From the NCBI GenBank assembly GCA_965649825.1, contig OZ287697.1, positions 1,226,351-1,290,350 on the forward strand: a stretch of 64,000 nt of DNA. Direction: 5' to 3'. Positions 31,800-43,434 of the stretch are shown here, one piece after another (the first letter of the stretch is position 1; each line of letters opens with the position of its first letter). Origin of the DNA: Penicillus capitatus. Taxonomy: Eukaryota > Plantae > Chlorophyta. Position numbers and translations under genes: made by a program. A model generated the notes under the pieces. That model searched no databases, was not told where the DNA came from, and saw only the letters and a program-made list of their open reading frames with translations.

Positions 31800-34700
31800 A
31801 GTGTCTCTTTGGTGTGTGATTCAGCTGTCGTCCGTCTCGATGAACGGCAATCGGCGTTTCGTGGATGTATAGGGACAACAGCAATGATTACCTGACTCAT
31901 ACGAGTGACATCTCGAGATTCTGATTCTAGAGAAACTGAGGAGCAGCATGTTCCTAACGCTTCATTGCTTCTCTGGTTTCGCCGTGGTCGAAAGCGAAAC
32001 TCGTGTCTGTCTGTCGAGTCAGACATATGCAGCATTACAGAAGACTGCATTTCACATGAAGAAGATTTTAGAGTCACATATGAGACACATGTTCGTGACT
32101 GAACGCGAGGACGATGAAAAGAGGTTTGTATCGTTGGAGATCTCGTTCCAAAGGCAACGACTTGAGAATCACACGAACGCATGCAACAATCACAGATGTC
32201 CCGCACATGATATCAATCGTGTCAGCTCACGTATATCGGCACAAAAGACCGTGAGACATCAGCAAGAAAGGGAAAAACAAAGCGATGATGCGCCCATCGT
32301 CGCACAAGACCCCAGTCCCTGACAGAATGCGAGATCGTTTCGCATGGAGGACTCGTCGTCTTCCACAACATCTTCCTCGTTTCCCTTAAGCAACTCACAG
32401 GAGTTGCTACTGTGTTATCTGTCAGCCAGGTTACGCTACAGAATGACAGCTAGTTCCAGAGGGGCAGCAATAGAGCCTCACACCATATATGTGCGCCAGA
32501 ATTGACGCGGGAGAATGGATCCGCGACGATGATGTTTCTGACAGGCGCACGCACCATGATGCCTCGACCCAACGATGACAGAGAAATCTAGACACATGAC
32601 CGTGGAATGAGGCATGATGTCTGGAAGTGCTCGCTTTCGGAGTCGACTTCTTTCCCAGAATCGACAGGGACGATGTGCTCACAACGCGCACCCTCTGAAA
32701 AGACAGTCAACATCAAGACATCCGCAGCGGAGAGCAAAGGCACAACAATTCGGGATGGATGGCAGAAGTCTTCATTCACACTGTGCATTCAGACCTGCAA
32801 TCAAGCTGCCAATCTGAGCCGAAAGAAGAATCGACAAAGCAACGGGTCACCTCGCAGAGGCAGAGGCAGAGGCAGAAGGATTGCTTCGAACAGGGTGTAT
32901 TTGATCGGTGCTGGCTTCTCCGCGCTGTCGGGTGAATTGCGGACGGCGAGACAAGTCGGTGATTGATTGGCGATCGCGTGTTGGTAGGCCTTTGGCTTTG
33001 TGTCCGATTACTCGCTCCATCTGCCGATTGGATGGAAATGGATCTTTGCGTTTGGCGGTGTTTTGCATACATACGCACAGCGCGCTTGACGGAAAGGACA
33101 GCTCGGCCTTCCACTGAACCGCAGTGCCAGCGACAACGAGATACTCCCAGACTGTTGTTGTTTACCAGCAGAAGGCAAGAGACGCTGCTGTGTCTTCAAC
33201 GCGACAACGCGGCCTAGGGATTCTGCAGACCGCGTCCTGAAACGGAAGGATGAGAGGACAGCGATCGAGACATAACTGGATAAGGATGTGACGCTCTTTG
33301 TCGAAGAGGGCGAAATCCTGGGTACAAGATCCAGAGCGACCGATGACGGTTTCGCCGTAGTGCGACGTTGAAGTCGAAGGTTCAAGCACTGCCGCGAGCT
33401 CGAGAGAATCTGTGTTCGGGTAGCTGGTCGTATATTCACCTGTGAATTCAGTACGGCAAATCTTGAGACGCATAGTGGTTGCATACGGTTGTCGATTTGT
33501 CGTCGCAGCACCAATGCTCCTGTTCGGCTGTGACGAGCGCTGTTTCTCGCTGTTGTCTCTTGACAACGCCTAGACAGTTTTCATTGTAACGGATTCAGCA
33601 AAAGGAAGTGGATGGCGGCGATCTCGTGGTCGTGACAATAATCGTACGATGAGGAAATGTCAGTCACATCGCTCACTCACTGTTGGACTGTGGCAGATGA
33701 GGGCAGCAGAAACAGAAGCGGTAAGCTGCGTTTGGATTGAACTAGAGAATGGCAGAGATGTGCGACCGCTGGTTTAGAGCTGTCACATCCAGACGTTCCT
33801 TCGCTGCCTGCTAAGAGAGACACTATCCTTCCTACCTGACGTATTCAGCATCCACTAGGGGGACGATCTTTTTTCTGTGGACGGGACAAACTTGTTAAGC
33901 ATTTCTTCAAACAACTGTACGACGACAGAAGAGTGGAAATGCGAGAAACCGGTAACCATTTTGCTGTAGCGTACGCAGATAGAGTCTCATCGCTGCACAT
34001 CAAGGAGAAAGGAGCCCTCCGCCGTCAAGAAGACTGGCAGTCGACTGCTGTACGAGCAGCAGAATATGGTTTTTGATCTTAAGAGAACAATAACCTCCAT
34101 GGCATTTACGTCTATTAGCTCTTGCAGAAATCCAGTTCTAAGGCAGTGGCTGCCAGATCAAGAGATACAGGTTGAAAAGAAGAAGGCTCTGTTTACGCTA
34201 AAGGCACAAGGTCGTTCGTCGCCTGGCGGCGCGCTTCTAAGTAAACAAGCTGCTCTGCATTGACAAGACAGCTACGTTTTGTCGATCCGCGAAGAACGGA
34301 TCTCCCTCGCATGCAGTAGCGGGCCGTTTTCGAAACAAGGTCGCTTCTCCCTCGATTGTTGAGCCAGCGATGCTGTATGTGATCCTTTACCTTTCGGCAC
34401 AGGCGGTGCGCTTGGTCGATGTTGTTCCTCTTCACTAGAACTGAGCTTTCTGTCGCGAATCCCTCCTTGTCCTGCCATCGTTGGCGCAGCGAGCTGCTAA
34501 GACAGAGAGCGTTGAAGCACTTGGCTGTGCAGCCGCGAACGACCAGCCTCTGAACGCGATGTCTTCAGAGCTATGAAGCATGCGTATCTGCTAGCGCACA
34601 CGCAAGGAAGAGTCGCGCGTCTCCATGGTCTGCATCTTCGACGTAGATACCATGAGCCGAGACGGCATCCAGAAGAGAGACACGGAAGAACATGGCTCCA

Positions 34701-35600
34701 CTTTCTGGTCAAGAAAGCTCTATCCCTTCTCATCTGCCAAACGGAGGCTAATGCATCGCATTGAATGCTCGAACGGCTGCGACAGCAGATTCGTCGGCGA
34801 AAGATCGATGTCGAACACGTTGCAAGTCGCCGCCGAGTGGCAGCCGAACTGCACGGACGGCTTCGACTACGCAGGGATGAAACTGCAGCCTCTCGCTGCT
34901 GCAAGGCCCGCGCGACGAGCAGCTTTCGTCTTTACTGCTCACACACCAGAGTTCGATCTCATGATGTGACTGAGCCTTCGGCGGCAAACTCGCAGCAGCC
35001 GTACACCCGTAGACTTTACGCGTCCAAACAGCACGGTGGCGTCTTTGACGTCGACCACCGAAGACAGAGCTGTCGAAGCATTTGGAGAAAGAGGTCGTAT
35101 GCAAAGGCCAACGCCAATGCGTCCACTGTGAAACCTTCTAAACCGAGTCGCCTGGTTACATTTAAATCTGCATCCTTTAGGACGTCGGTGCACGAAGACA
35201 CGGCGAAATCTGACGGCACTAGCGGAAAGCGACCGACTCTGCAGTCCGAAGCGGATGTCTTCGCGAAAACTTCGTCCCAGTGGTCTCTCCGATGCGCGTC
35301 AACAGACGACGCCGAACTGTGCGTTCAGCTAGACAGTCCAGAAAGCTCTAGCTACCTTTTCTGCCGCAGAACCGAGCTGCGAGAGGTCGAATCGCTGCGC
35401 TTCCGGAACGGTAGAGAGACCTCGACGCTTACAGATATCTCTGTCCGGTGCAGGACAGATTCCACGATTGACAGGACAGGCGCATCGTGGCATATACTGC
35501 GTTACTGTTGCGAAATTGAAATGCGAAGTGAGCTCAAAACCAATCAGCCCATCGTTGGACACACTTTCGAAAACCATGCCTCGCATTCCTCCTGCCACCG
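31800..35600 (-). pseudogene. Highly decayed minus-strand receptor paralog (head-to-head with D, tail-to-tail with C1)
   Basis: Collinear minus-strand remnants: exon-2-like IRPLS...ALSSVV (about 35100), RGCSF (34893-34879), CISLRLAD (34755-34732; compare CLSLELFD), FTGEYTT (33446-33426; compare FAGDYS), GGATCCATTCTCCCGCG (32522-32506; compare B-type GGATCCACAATCCGCG), TDTSFAFDHG (32010-31981; compare ADTSIRCHEG). Aligned by eye only. Confidence 0.55.
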
Positions 35601-35971
35601 GCTCTGCTGCTGGCAACTGTCTCATGTCGTCAGTCAGGTCTAAAACACGTCAGCGTAGAAGACGCCAAGAGACATGCGACTGTGGTAAACAGCGCGGTCT
35701 TTCCCAAGTCAAATCATGATCTGTGGTTGTTCGCTGCATGTCAACAAGTGTGGCTCTGCTCGACCTGAAAAGACGTTCAGGGGTCAGCTCGACGAACAGA
35801 CGCTGGAAGAGGCACGTTGAGTTGGTTCTCTGCCCCGTCGGGAGAACAAGGGACGCACGCGTGCATCATGCACACCGACGCGTGGTCGCTGAGTCAGTTG
35901 CGTGGCTGCTGCATCAGGAATATTCCTTACCTCATCTTCAGGCGATTTCATGCAACAGGCCTCGTCCCGAC

Positions 35972-35978
35972 TATAAAA
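35972..35978 (+). promoter_or_regulatory. TATA box of receptor D
   Basis: TATAAAA 60 nt upstream of ATG 36032. Confidence 0.7.
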
Positions 35979-36031
35979 GCCAGATGGTCTGCAGGCGTCT
36001 GCTGGATCCGTCTCTCAGTTCTTCGTCGAAA

Positions 36032-39000
36032 ATGCGACGCCGTTTCCTTGGTTTGCTGCTGACGCTCGTCGCCTTTGGCGCAAGTGCGACCGCGTTCGTC
36101 TGCCGGAGGTCTCACCTCCGCCGAGCTTTGGCCGCAGAAACGGCAGAAGATGCCTCGACCACTTATGTTTCCACAAAGATTCTTAGCTCAGAACCGTCCG
36201 CAGACTCAGAAAGAAAGGCATCTGCACCGCGTAGTGCAAAAGAGTCTGCCTCGTTCCCGACGAAGCACTCGCAAAGTACAGCTCCGCCCCTCGCGTCTGA
36301 GACGCGCGAGACGGCAAAGAAAGAACGCCCATCTGTGGCTGGAAGAGGTCGGAGTGAGAGCCGTTCTCTGCGCCAGGACGATGGCCGCGACGATAATCTT
36401 AAAAGTAAGGAAGGCCCTTTGCTGTCTTCGAGAACACCTGCTTGACGCCGGCGCTCTTGGTGTTCGCAGGCGTTCCTTGTTCGCTCAGCGAACGAACCAT
36501 CGGAGAACAACTGAACGTAGAGACAAGAACGTGGCGCATTAGCCCTTCGCTTCTCACTGACGTCGAAGATGACATCCAAGTCATTGTCGACTGTACGAAG
36601 CCCGGCGACGTCCTCTCCTTTAGTCCGAAGCGCAGAATCCGGCCGTCTTCGCGCATCGTCGTACCGTGGCCGTTGACGTTGACTTCCCCAGTGAGCAGTT
36701 CCGAACTCGAGGAAGGCGTGTTCCCCCGTGCCGAAGCAAAGGCAGTCTTCACCTGTCCGAACAGAAGAGATGGCGTCTTTTTGGTTAAGTAAGCTTCGAA
36801 TTCCCCCATCCGCTGTTGTCTGACGTCGATGTCGCCTTTAGTTCGACAGGTGTCCTTTTCGCCAATCTGATCTTTGAGGGATGCGATTTCGCTGCAGCGA
36901 ACAGCAATGAAGACGCCATCGTCAGAGTCGTCGTCGACGACTGTGCGTCGACTCGTCCAGATGACCAGCTGCGTCTGCACCACGTCGATTTCCGATACAA
37001 CACACTCGACGAGAACAACGCCATCCGAGTGCCCTTATCATCGTGCTTAAGTCTGGAACTGTTCGACCTTGGTTTCGAGAACAACAACTGCAGCGGTCCA
37101 TGCATCGTCTTCCCGTCCAATCAAAGCAGTCGGCTGCGCGACATCAGAGTCCTGAACATCACGTCGTCGGGCGAAGCTGTCGACACCTCGGCCGTGTTTT
37201 GGGGTCCTCCTGGTTCGAAGATTAACGTCACTCGGCTGACAGCGGCCAACAACACGATCCAGATCTTCAGCATCGAAGACGGCACACTGGTGCTAAACCA
37301 CTCGAAGCTGACGAACAACAGCGCGACAGTTGGAAGTCCAGTACACCTGCGAACGAAGTCCAATGGAACATTTGAAAACGTCAGCTTCGCTGGAAACGGT
37401 GCCACTCACAGCGCTGGATCTCTCATGTCGGACGACTCGGCGATCCGCATTACAAACTGCGCCTTCGAGGATGGCAATTCCGCCGAATTCGGCGGGTTCG
37501 TCGACGCCGAAGAACATTCTAATGTGACCATCAGGGACTCTATCTTTAGTCGCGGTCAAGCGAAGAATGGAGGATGTCTTCGAGTCCATCTCTCAAATCT
37601 CACTCTTCATAACGTGATGCTGCGAGAGTGTCATTCTGTGGTCGACGGAGCGGCGATGCATTTATCCAATGTGACCGCCAACATCACTACCGCCACGCTG
37701 GATTCGAACAGAGCGGGCGACGATGGCGGATGCCTGTATGCAGAGTTCTCCAATGTTACCGGAGACGACTGGGCCGTGAAGAACAACTCGGCTGGCGATC
37801 ACGCAGGCGGACTCCGGGTGCGACTCGAGACGAATCTCAGTCTCGCCAACTCCGTTTTCCTCGACAACGAGGCAGACAGAGGGGGAGCCGTGTCTCAGGA
37901 GCTGGCTTCCGTCGTCAACTTCACAAATGTCTCATTCTCTGGCAACGTTGCTGCGACCGAGGGCGGTGCGTTCTACATCACCAGTTCGACGACGATCCTC
38001 AGCAGCTGCACTTTCAATGACAGCAGAGCTGATGATGGCGGTATCCTGTTCGCAAGGAAGATGACCACAGTGAACATTTCCTCGTCGATCATGAAGCATG
38101 GCACTGCGAGACGCGGGGGATGCCTGCTCGCTCTCGACGGGTCTGTCAATGTTCAGAACTCGAAGATTGAGAACTGCACGTCCAAGGAAGACGGCGGGGC
38201 CATGCACCTGCGCAACATTACAGCGCACATCTCGAATTCCAGCTTCCTGTCGAATAGCGCAGAGGACAGTGGCGGAGCCGTCTTCGCCGATGAGAAGACC
38301 CATCTCGACGGAGGTGAATGGATAGTGGAAGACAACAGTGCCGGGGACAATGGAGGTGGCGTTCTGTTGAAGCAGTCCGCGATCCAAGTGAACGATTCTC
38401 TCTTCGGAAACAACTCTGCCGTCTATGGCGGTGCCGTGCATCAGAGCTCTTCCTCTAATGGAACGTTCTTCAACGCGACGATGATAAACAACACGTGCTC
38501 AAGGAATGGAGGCGCCTTCTTCACCGTCGATTCGTCAAGGCTGAATATCTCTAACTCTAAGTTTCGTGGTGGAAGCGCAGAAGACGACGGCGGGTTCGTT
38601 GCAGCCATCTCGAAGAGCTCTGTCGATCTGGAGCACACCAACATGACGAATGGAAACGCAACGAATGGAGGAGCCGTTTTCCTCTCCGACAGTCTCTTCA
38701 AAGGGGATCATCTCAACGTCACCGAATGTTCCGCCAGTTCAACGGGCGGAGGATTCTCCTTCGAATCCGTAAACGCGGCAATGCTCACAGTTCAGCTTGA
38801 TCACTCCATCGTGCAGGACAACACAGCTCGTCTAGGAGGTGAGGATCCGCAGCCGGTCTCTGATGCATTCGATATGTTTTATCAGGTGGCCTGTATGTAA
38901 AAAACAGCAGTGGACCCCTCAACTGTTCGGAGGGCCACTCCGACTGCTTCCTCGTCACTATGCTGAACACGACGTTCGTGAACAACAGCGCTGATTATGC

Positions 39001-41527
39001 AGGAGGCGCCATCTTCACGAGCAGCTCTGTGAACGTTGGTGTCATTTGTGACAGTGAGACAGACGATGGCGCTGAGAATTCATCGTTGTTACTGGCAGAA
39101 GCCTTCGATCTGACAAAAACCATCTGTCCATGGTGGATAGGCAACACGGCCGAAACATATGGTCATGTCGTTGCTTCGTTCGCATCACAAGTACAAGTCA
39201 ACGTGACCGTCAATGAAAGGGGCATCACAGGTTCAGAGGAGGATGGCCCGTACATATACAGAAGCGGATCGCCCCTCTCCATCAGTCTGGAGATCCGAGA
39301 TGGTTTTGATCAAGGTCCTGCGGTGGGAAGAAATGGCCGTGTGGTTTCCAGCACCATCTCATCTCCAAACAGCCTCTTCTCGGGAAATCAGACAATCCTT
39401 TTGGGCTCTCCTTCTACGGAACTCAACGTGACTAGATTTGCGAAGCCTGGAAACTATACCGTTCTCGTCAATTTCGATGAAGACATTCTAAAAGAGGAAG
39501 AGATCAATGTCACTGTGCAGAATTGTACGATTGGCGAAGCCTCTTTAAGAGATGGCACATTTTGCGAGCCCTGCAGCAGTACCAGCTACAATTTTAACAC
39601 CAGTGCGACGGAATGTGAGCCATGCCCTGCGAATGGTAACTGTGAGAAAAAGGCAATTGTTCCGAAACAAGGGTACTGGAACAGTTCGCCGTGCTCAGAG
39701 CACATCCAGAGATGTCTCACAGAAGAAGCGTGTGATAGTGGCAATCGTCAGGATGAGTTAGCTGAGCGCACACGAGATCTGCAGACGTGTCAATTCGACA
39801 ATCAGTACCTTCAAGACTATACAGAGGCGCAGTGCAGAGAGGTGAGCATCGTGCTTAACTATGGACTGCCTCAAGTGTCGTTTGGTTCTCAGGGGCACGA
39901 AGGACCACTCTGCGGATCTTGCAAGAAATCATTTGGTAAATCTCACTCTTATCTCTGTGAGAAGTGCCTTTCGGACGTTATTAATGTCGTCCTAGTCGTT
40001 CTGTCTTTTTTTGTTCTGTTGGGGTTGTCTAGCATCACCATTAGAAGCAACCTCATCTCTGTATTTATATCGCAGCAGCGGCAGCAAACACAAGTTCCTA
40101 CGTTCTCTGCTGCATCCGCCAGTGCTCGAGCAGTTCCAACTGAGAGGGCGATTGAATTAGCAGTCTTGGGGAGTACCACAGATGGAGATCGTACTCATGG
40201 GCACTGTCAGGAAGCCGAACGTGCGCAATCTTTTGAAGATACAGAGCTTGCCAAACTGAAGGCCGACGAGCTTTATAAGGTTTAGCTTTCCCTATTGTCT
40301 GTTTTGTTCCTTTCCTTCTTACTGTTTGCTCTGCAGATTACAGTAAACTTTCTGCAAGTCACAGCCATAGCGATCTCTGCTGACGCGCAGTGGACACCCG
40401 AAATGGTCGCATTCTTCCAAGCTGCAGGCGACCAGGAGACATTCTGTTACACAATCTCATGACACGTGGTGTGTTCTGCAGAGTTTATCGGTGCCGTCAC
40501 ATCAGAATCTGTGAATCTATCTGTGGATTGTCTTCCGTCAGACGGAACTCCTCTGCAGCGCTCCATCGCCGGTACACTCGTGGATGTACTGCAGCCGATC
40601 GCAGCCATATTCTTCTTTGCCATTTTCTGGCTGGTGATCAAGATCAGACAGAACAAGTCATGGACCTACCTGTTGAAGCGGTGTGTTCTCAGTACTCTCT
40701 CAGTCTTCTACATCAGCTACATCTCCATCAGCAGGACACTTGTCCAAATCCTCAACTGCGTTGAAGTCCACGATTCAAATGACGCAACAAAAGTTTACTG
40801 GACAGTGGACACTAGTGTCGAGTGCTACAAGGAATCGCATGCCGCGCTGGCTTATCTGCTGGCGTGGCCATTCCTCGTGATCTTCACATTTGGCTTTCCA
40901 CTGGCCGTTGCATGCCTGGTCGCCAAAAAGGTTGCGGAAGATTACAAAGATGGCTGGATCTACGAAGCCGCCGGTTTCATGTATCAATCCTTCAGAAAGC
41001 GATACATCTTCTGGGAGTCTGTGATCATGTTCAGAAAGGCTGTCCTCACCGTCGTGGTTGTCTTTTCTTACAAACTCGGATTTGACATCCAAGTCGTTAT
41101 TGCTTCCTTCGTCCTTATTCTATCGCTTTACTTCCAAATGAAGTTCCGTCCCTATCGCGAAGAGTTCGATTCTCTCAATGACGTCGAGAGCCTCTCCATC
41201 TTGATCTCTTCTCTCACATTCGTCTGCAGCATCTTCTTTGGGGTCGATCACGTCTCAGATGCGGTTCATATGCTGATCAGTGTTCTTTTGTGCTTCACTA
41301 ATGTTCTTTTCTTCCTTTACCTTATCACTCTTTATGCGGTTTATTTCACAGCCGATTACCTGAAAAGTGTGCTGGTCAAAGAAGGCATTATTTCTGAAGA
41401 GTCGCACGGCGCCTTTCGGATTCTTGTTATTTATCTGATGGATTACCTGTTCATCATTGTGAAAAACACCTTGATGCGCTGGGGTCAACCTGTCAGGGCT
41501 CGGCGCTATCGTCGGTCCGAAGTCTGA
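36032..41527 (+). CDS. Receptor D, same architecture, 1,722 aa
   Basis: Exons 36032-36404, 36470-36788, 36842-38838, 38886-39841, 39893-40279, 40337-40427, 40482-41527 sum to 5,169 nt in frame. The model requires a GC donor at 40428 (G|GCGACC), homologous to G|GTGACT in C. Confidence 0.88.
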
Positions 41528-43369
41528 AGTTGCTACATTATGTTTCACATGTATTTCTTTGTGGTGGGAATGAAAAAGGAGATCGACGCCCTCCTCTTTT
41601 CGTCGCGTCAATGACATCCGATATCAGAAGAGGACTTCGATTGTCGATAAACATGAGTTTAAACAGATGTGTTTAATCGTATCTTTGCCGGTGTCAGACG
41701 ATTCTTTTCGCTGTTCTCCTACTGTGGCAGGTAATCGCCGACACAGATCCTCGGAGACCATGTATAATTGGTCGTGCTTGCAGCCCCTTTTAGGTTAAAC
41801 ATCAGAGGCGCGACTGTGTTCAGTACAAGACCAACGATCGACAGGCACAGAGACATAAATGACTAAGGCGAAGAATGAATGAAATGTGTAGGATAGAGTC
41901 CTCGGATACCATGGAGGAGCCAATCAATCTGTATGTAGGCCATTAGATGCATGACAAACCACGTTTGCGTTTATTTGTTTCTATTTTTGCAAACTTTCAT
42001 TTGCAGTCCCAGTCTTGCTAACTGAAGAACCATTGTCGGCAAGGAGAGCATGCATTCAGACAAACGCGTGAGACGCGAGACCATTCGGCTGCATGAAGTG
42101 TTTGCGTAAAACCCTTCACTCGCATATACAGAGTCTTGGCATGGAATGTGCCTTGTTCACAGCTATGACTCGTTGCTGTAGAGTACTTAAAACCATTAAC
42201 CAGAAACGCACAGAATTACTGTCGATTCTGCATCGACTTTGAACGGCTTAGCTGTTCGCCGCGGTCGGAGGTATAGAAATTGTGCTCTGTACTGTACCTT
42301 GTCCAAAATCAAATCTATCACTTCGGTCCTCACACGTGCGTGATGTATATCTGGTACGAACATTCATGAAACCAAATCATGAAGTTTGTTCGATACTGAA
42401 AAAGAGTGGTCTCAAGCTATTCAAAGCATGGACGCAGACGACCGCATATTTATTTAGGACATGAACCAAGGGCATGGAAGAAGACCCCACCTTCCATGCA
42501 GTATTCCACCGTGCAGTTTTCCATACCCGAACTCCATAACTGTTGAACTAAATGATAAATAACGAGGTGCCTGGAGCACCACGGCCCTAACTGAATCTGA
42601 TGTTCTCCTTATGGTGCGAGCAAGCTGCATAGGAGAAGGCACTGATCCACGAGCGATAGTACTGTGTATCCGGTCAAAAGCGGCAGAATGCGCATAAACA
42701 TACGAAAGGCATACCTACGGACACATCTCCGTCGGATGCTTTGAGTCGCAGTCGACCTGCCTCATCTTCAGGCAAGGCATCGGGTTGGATGTAACTCCGA
42801 AGCGATAGGCTTTCACGTGTCCTTATACTTGCCGTGGACTACTGTTGATCACTGTTTCCTTAAAAAATCTGCTTCCGTTCTCTCGAGGAAGACCGTGGAC
42901 ATGTATATGTGGTGCGAGGCTAAAACGAGTGAACGAGTGCCTTCGGTGCTGACACTCTAAATGCACAGCCTCAGGACAGATTCGCCGACGTCACGTAAGT
43001 GATAAAACAAGGTAGCAAAAAGCACGGTTCTATAATAGCGATAGCAGCGGTTGCTTTGACACTGTCACCAGGACGCAGCCTGTGGACGGCGCGGTCCTTC
43101 CCGAGTCAAACTATGATCTGTGGTTGTTCACTGCATGTCAACAAGTGTGGCTCTGCTCGACCTGAAAAGACGTTCAGGGGTCAGCTCGACGGACAGATGC
43201 TGGAAGAGGCACGTTGAGTTGGTTCTCCGTCCCATCGGAAGAACAAGGGGAAGCACGCGTGCATCATACACACCGACGCGTTGTCGCTGAGTCAGTTGCA
43301 TAGTTGCTGCATCGGGAAAATTCTCACCTCATCTCCCAGCGATTTCCGTGCAATAGGTCTCATTCCGTC

Positions 43370-43376
43370 TATAAAA
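43370..43376 (+). promoter_or_regulatory. TATA box of receptor B2
   Basis: TATAAAA 65 nt upstream of ATG 43435. Confidence 0.7.
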
Positions 43377-43434
43377 GCCACACGGAGAGTCTGTAAGCGT
43401 CTGCGAGATCCGTCTCGCAGTCCTTTAACGAAGC

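Larger units (their letters stand above)
16700..33400 (+). repeat. Segmental duplication unit, copy 1 (partner 47300-64000, offset about 30,600)
   Basis: Stop 18201 pairs with 48801, LINE target site 21474 with 52075, ATG 26152 with 56753, stop 31661 with 62222; spacers nearly identical. Boundaries approximate. Confidence 0.95.

Noticed and set aside
32854-32877. (GCAGAG)n microsatellite, shorter in the duplicate near 63415
   Set aside because: Ordinary slippage repeat inside a relic; no sign of function.
33008-33566. GRVVALK and DFALF words suggesting a minus-strand kinase
   Set aside because: They are in different frames and the wrong order; the segment aligns better with the receptor stalk.
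34765-35643. 292-aa plus-strand ORF upstream of receptor D
   Set aside because: No recognisable motifs and an R/S-rich composition. It is antisense to the decayed minus-strand receptor relic, and the homologous segment at 2680-3375 does not keep the frame.
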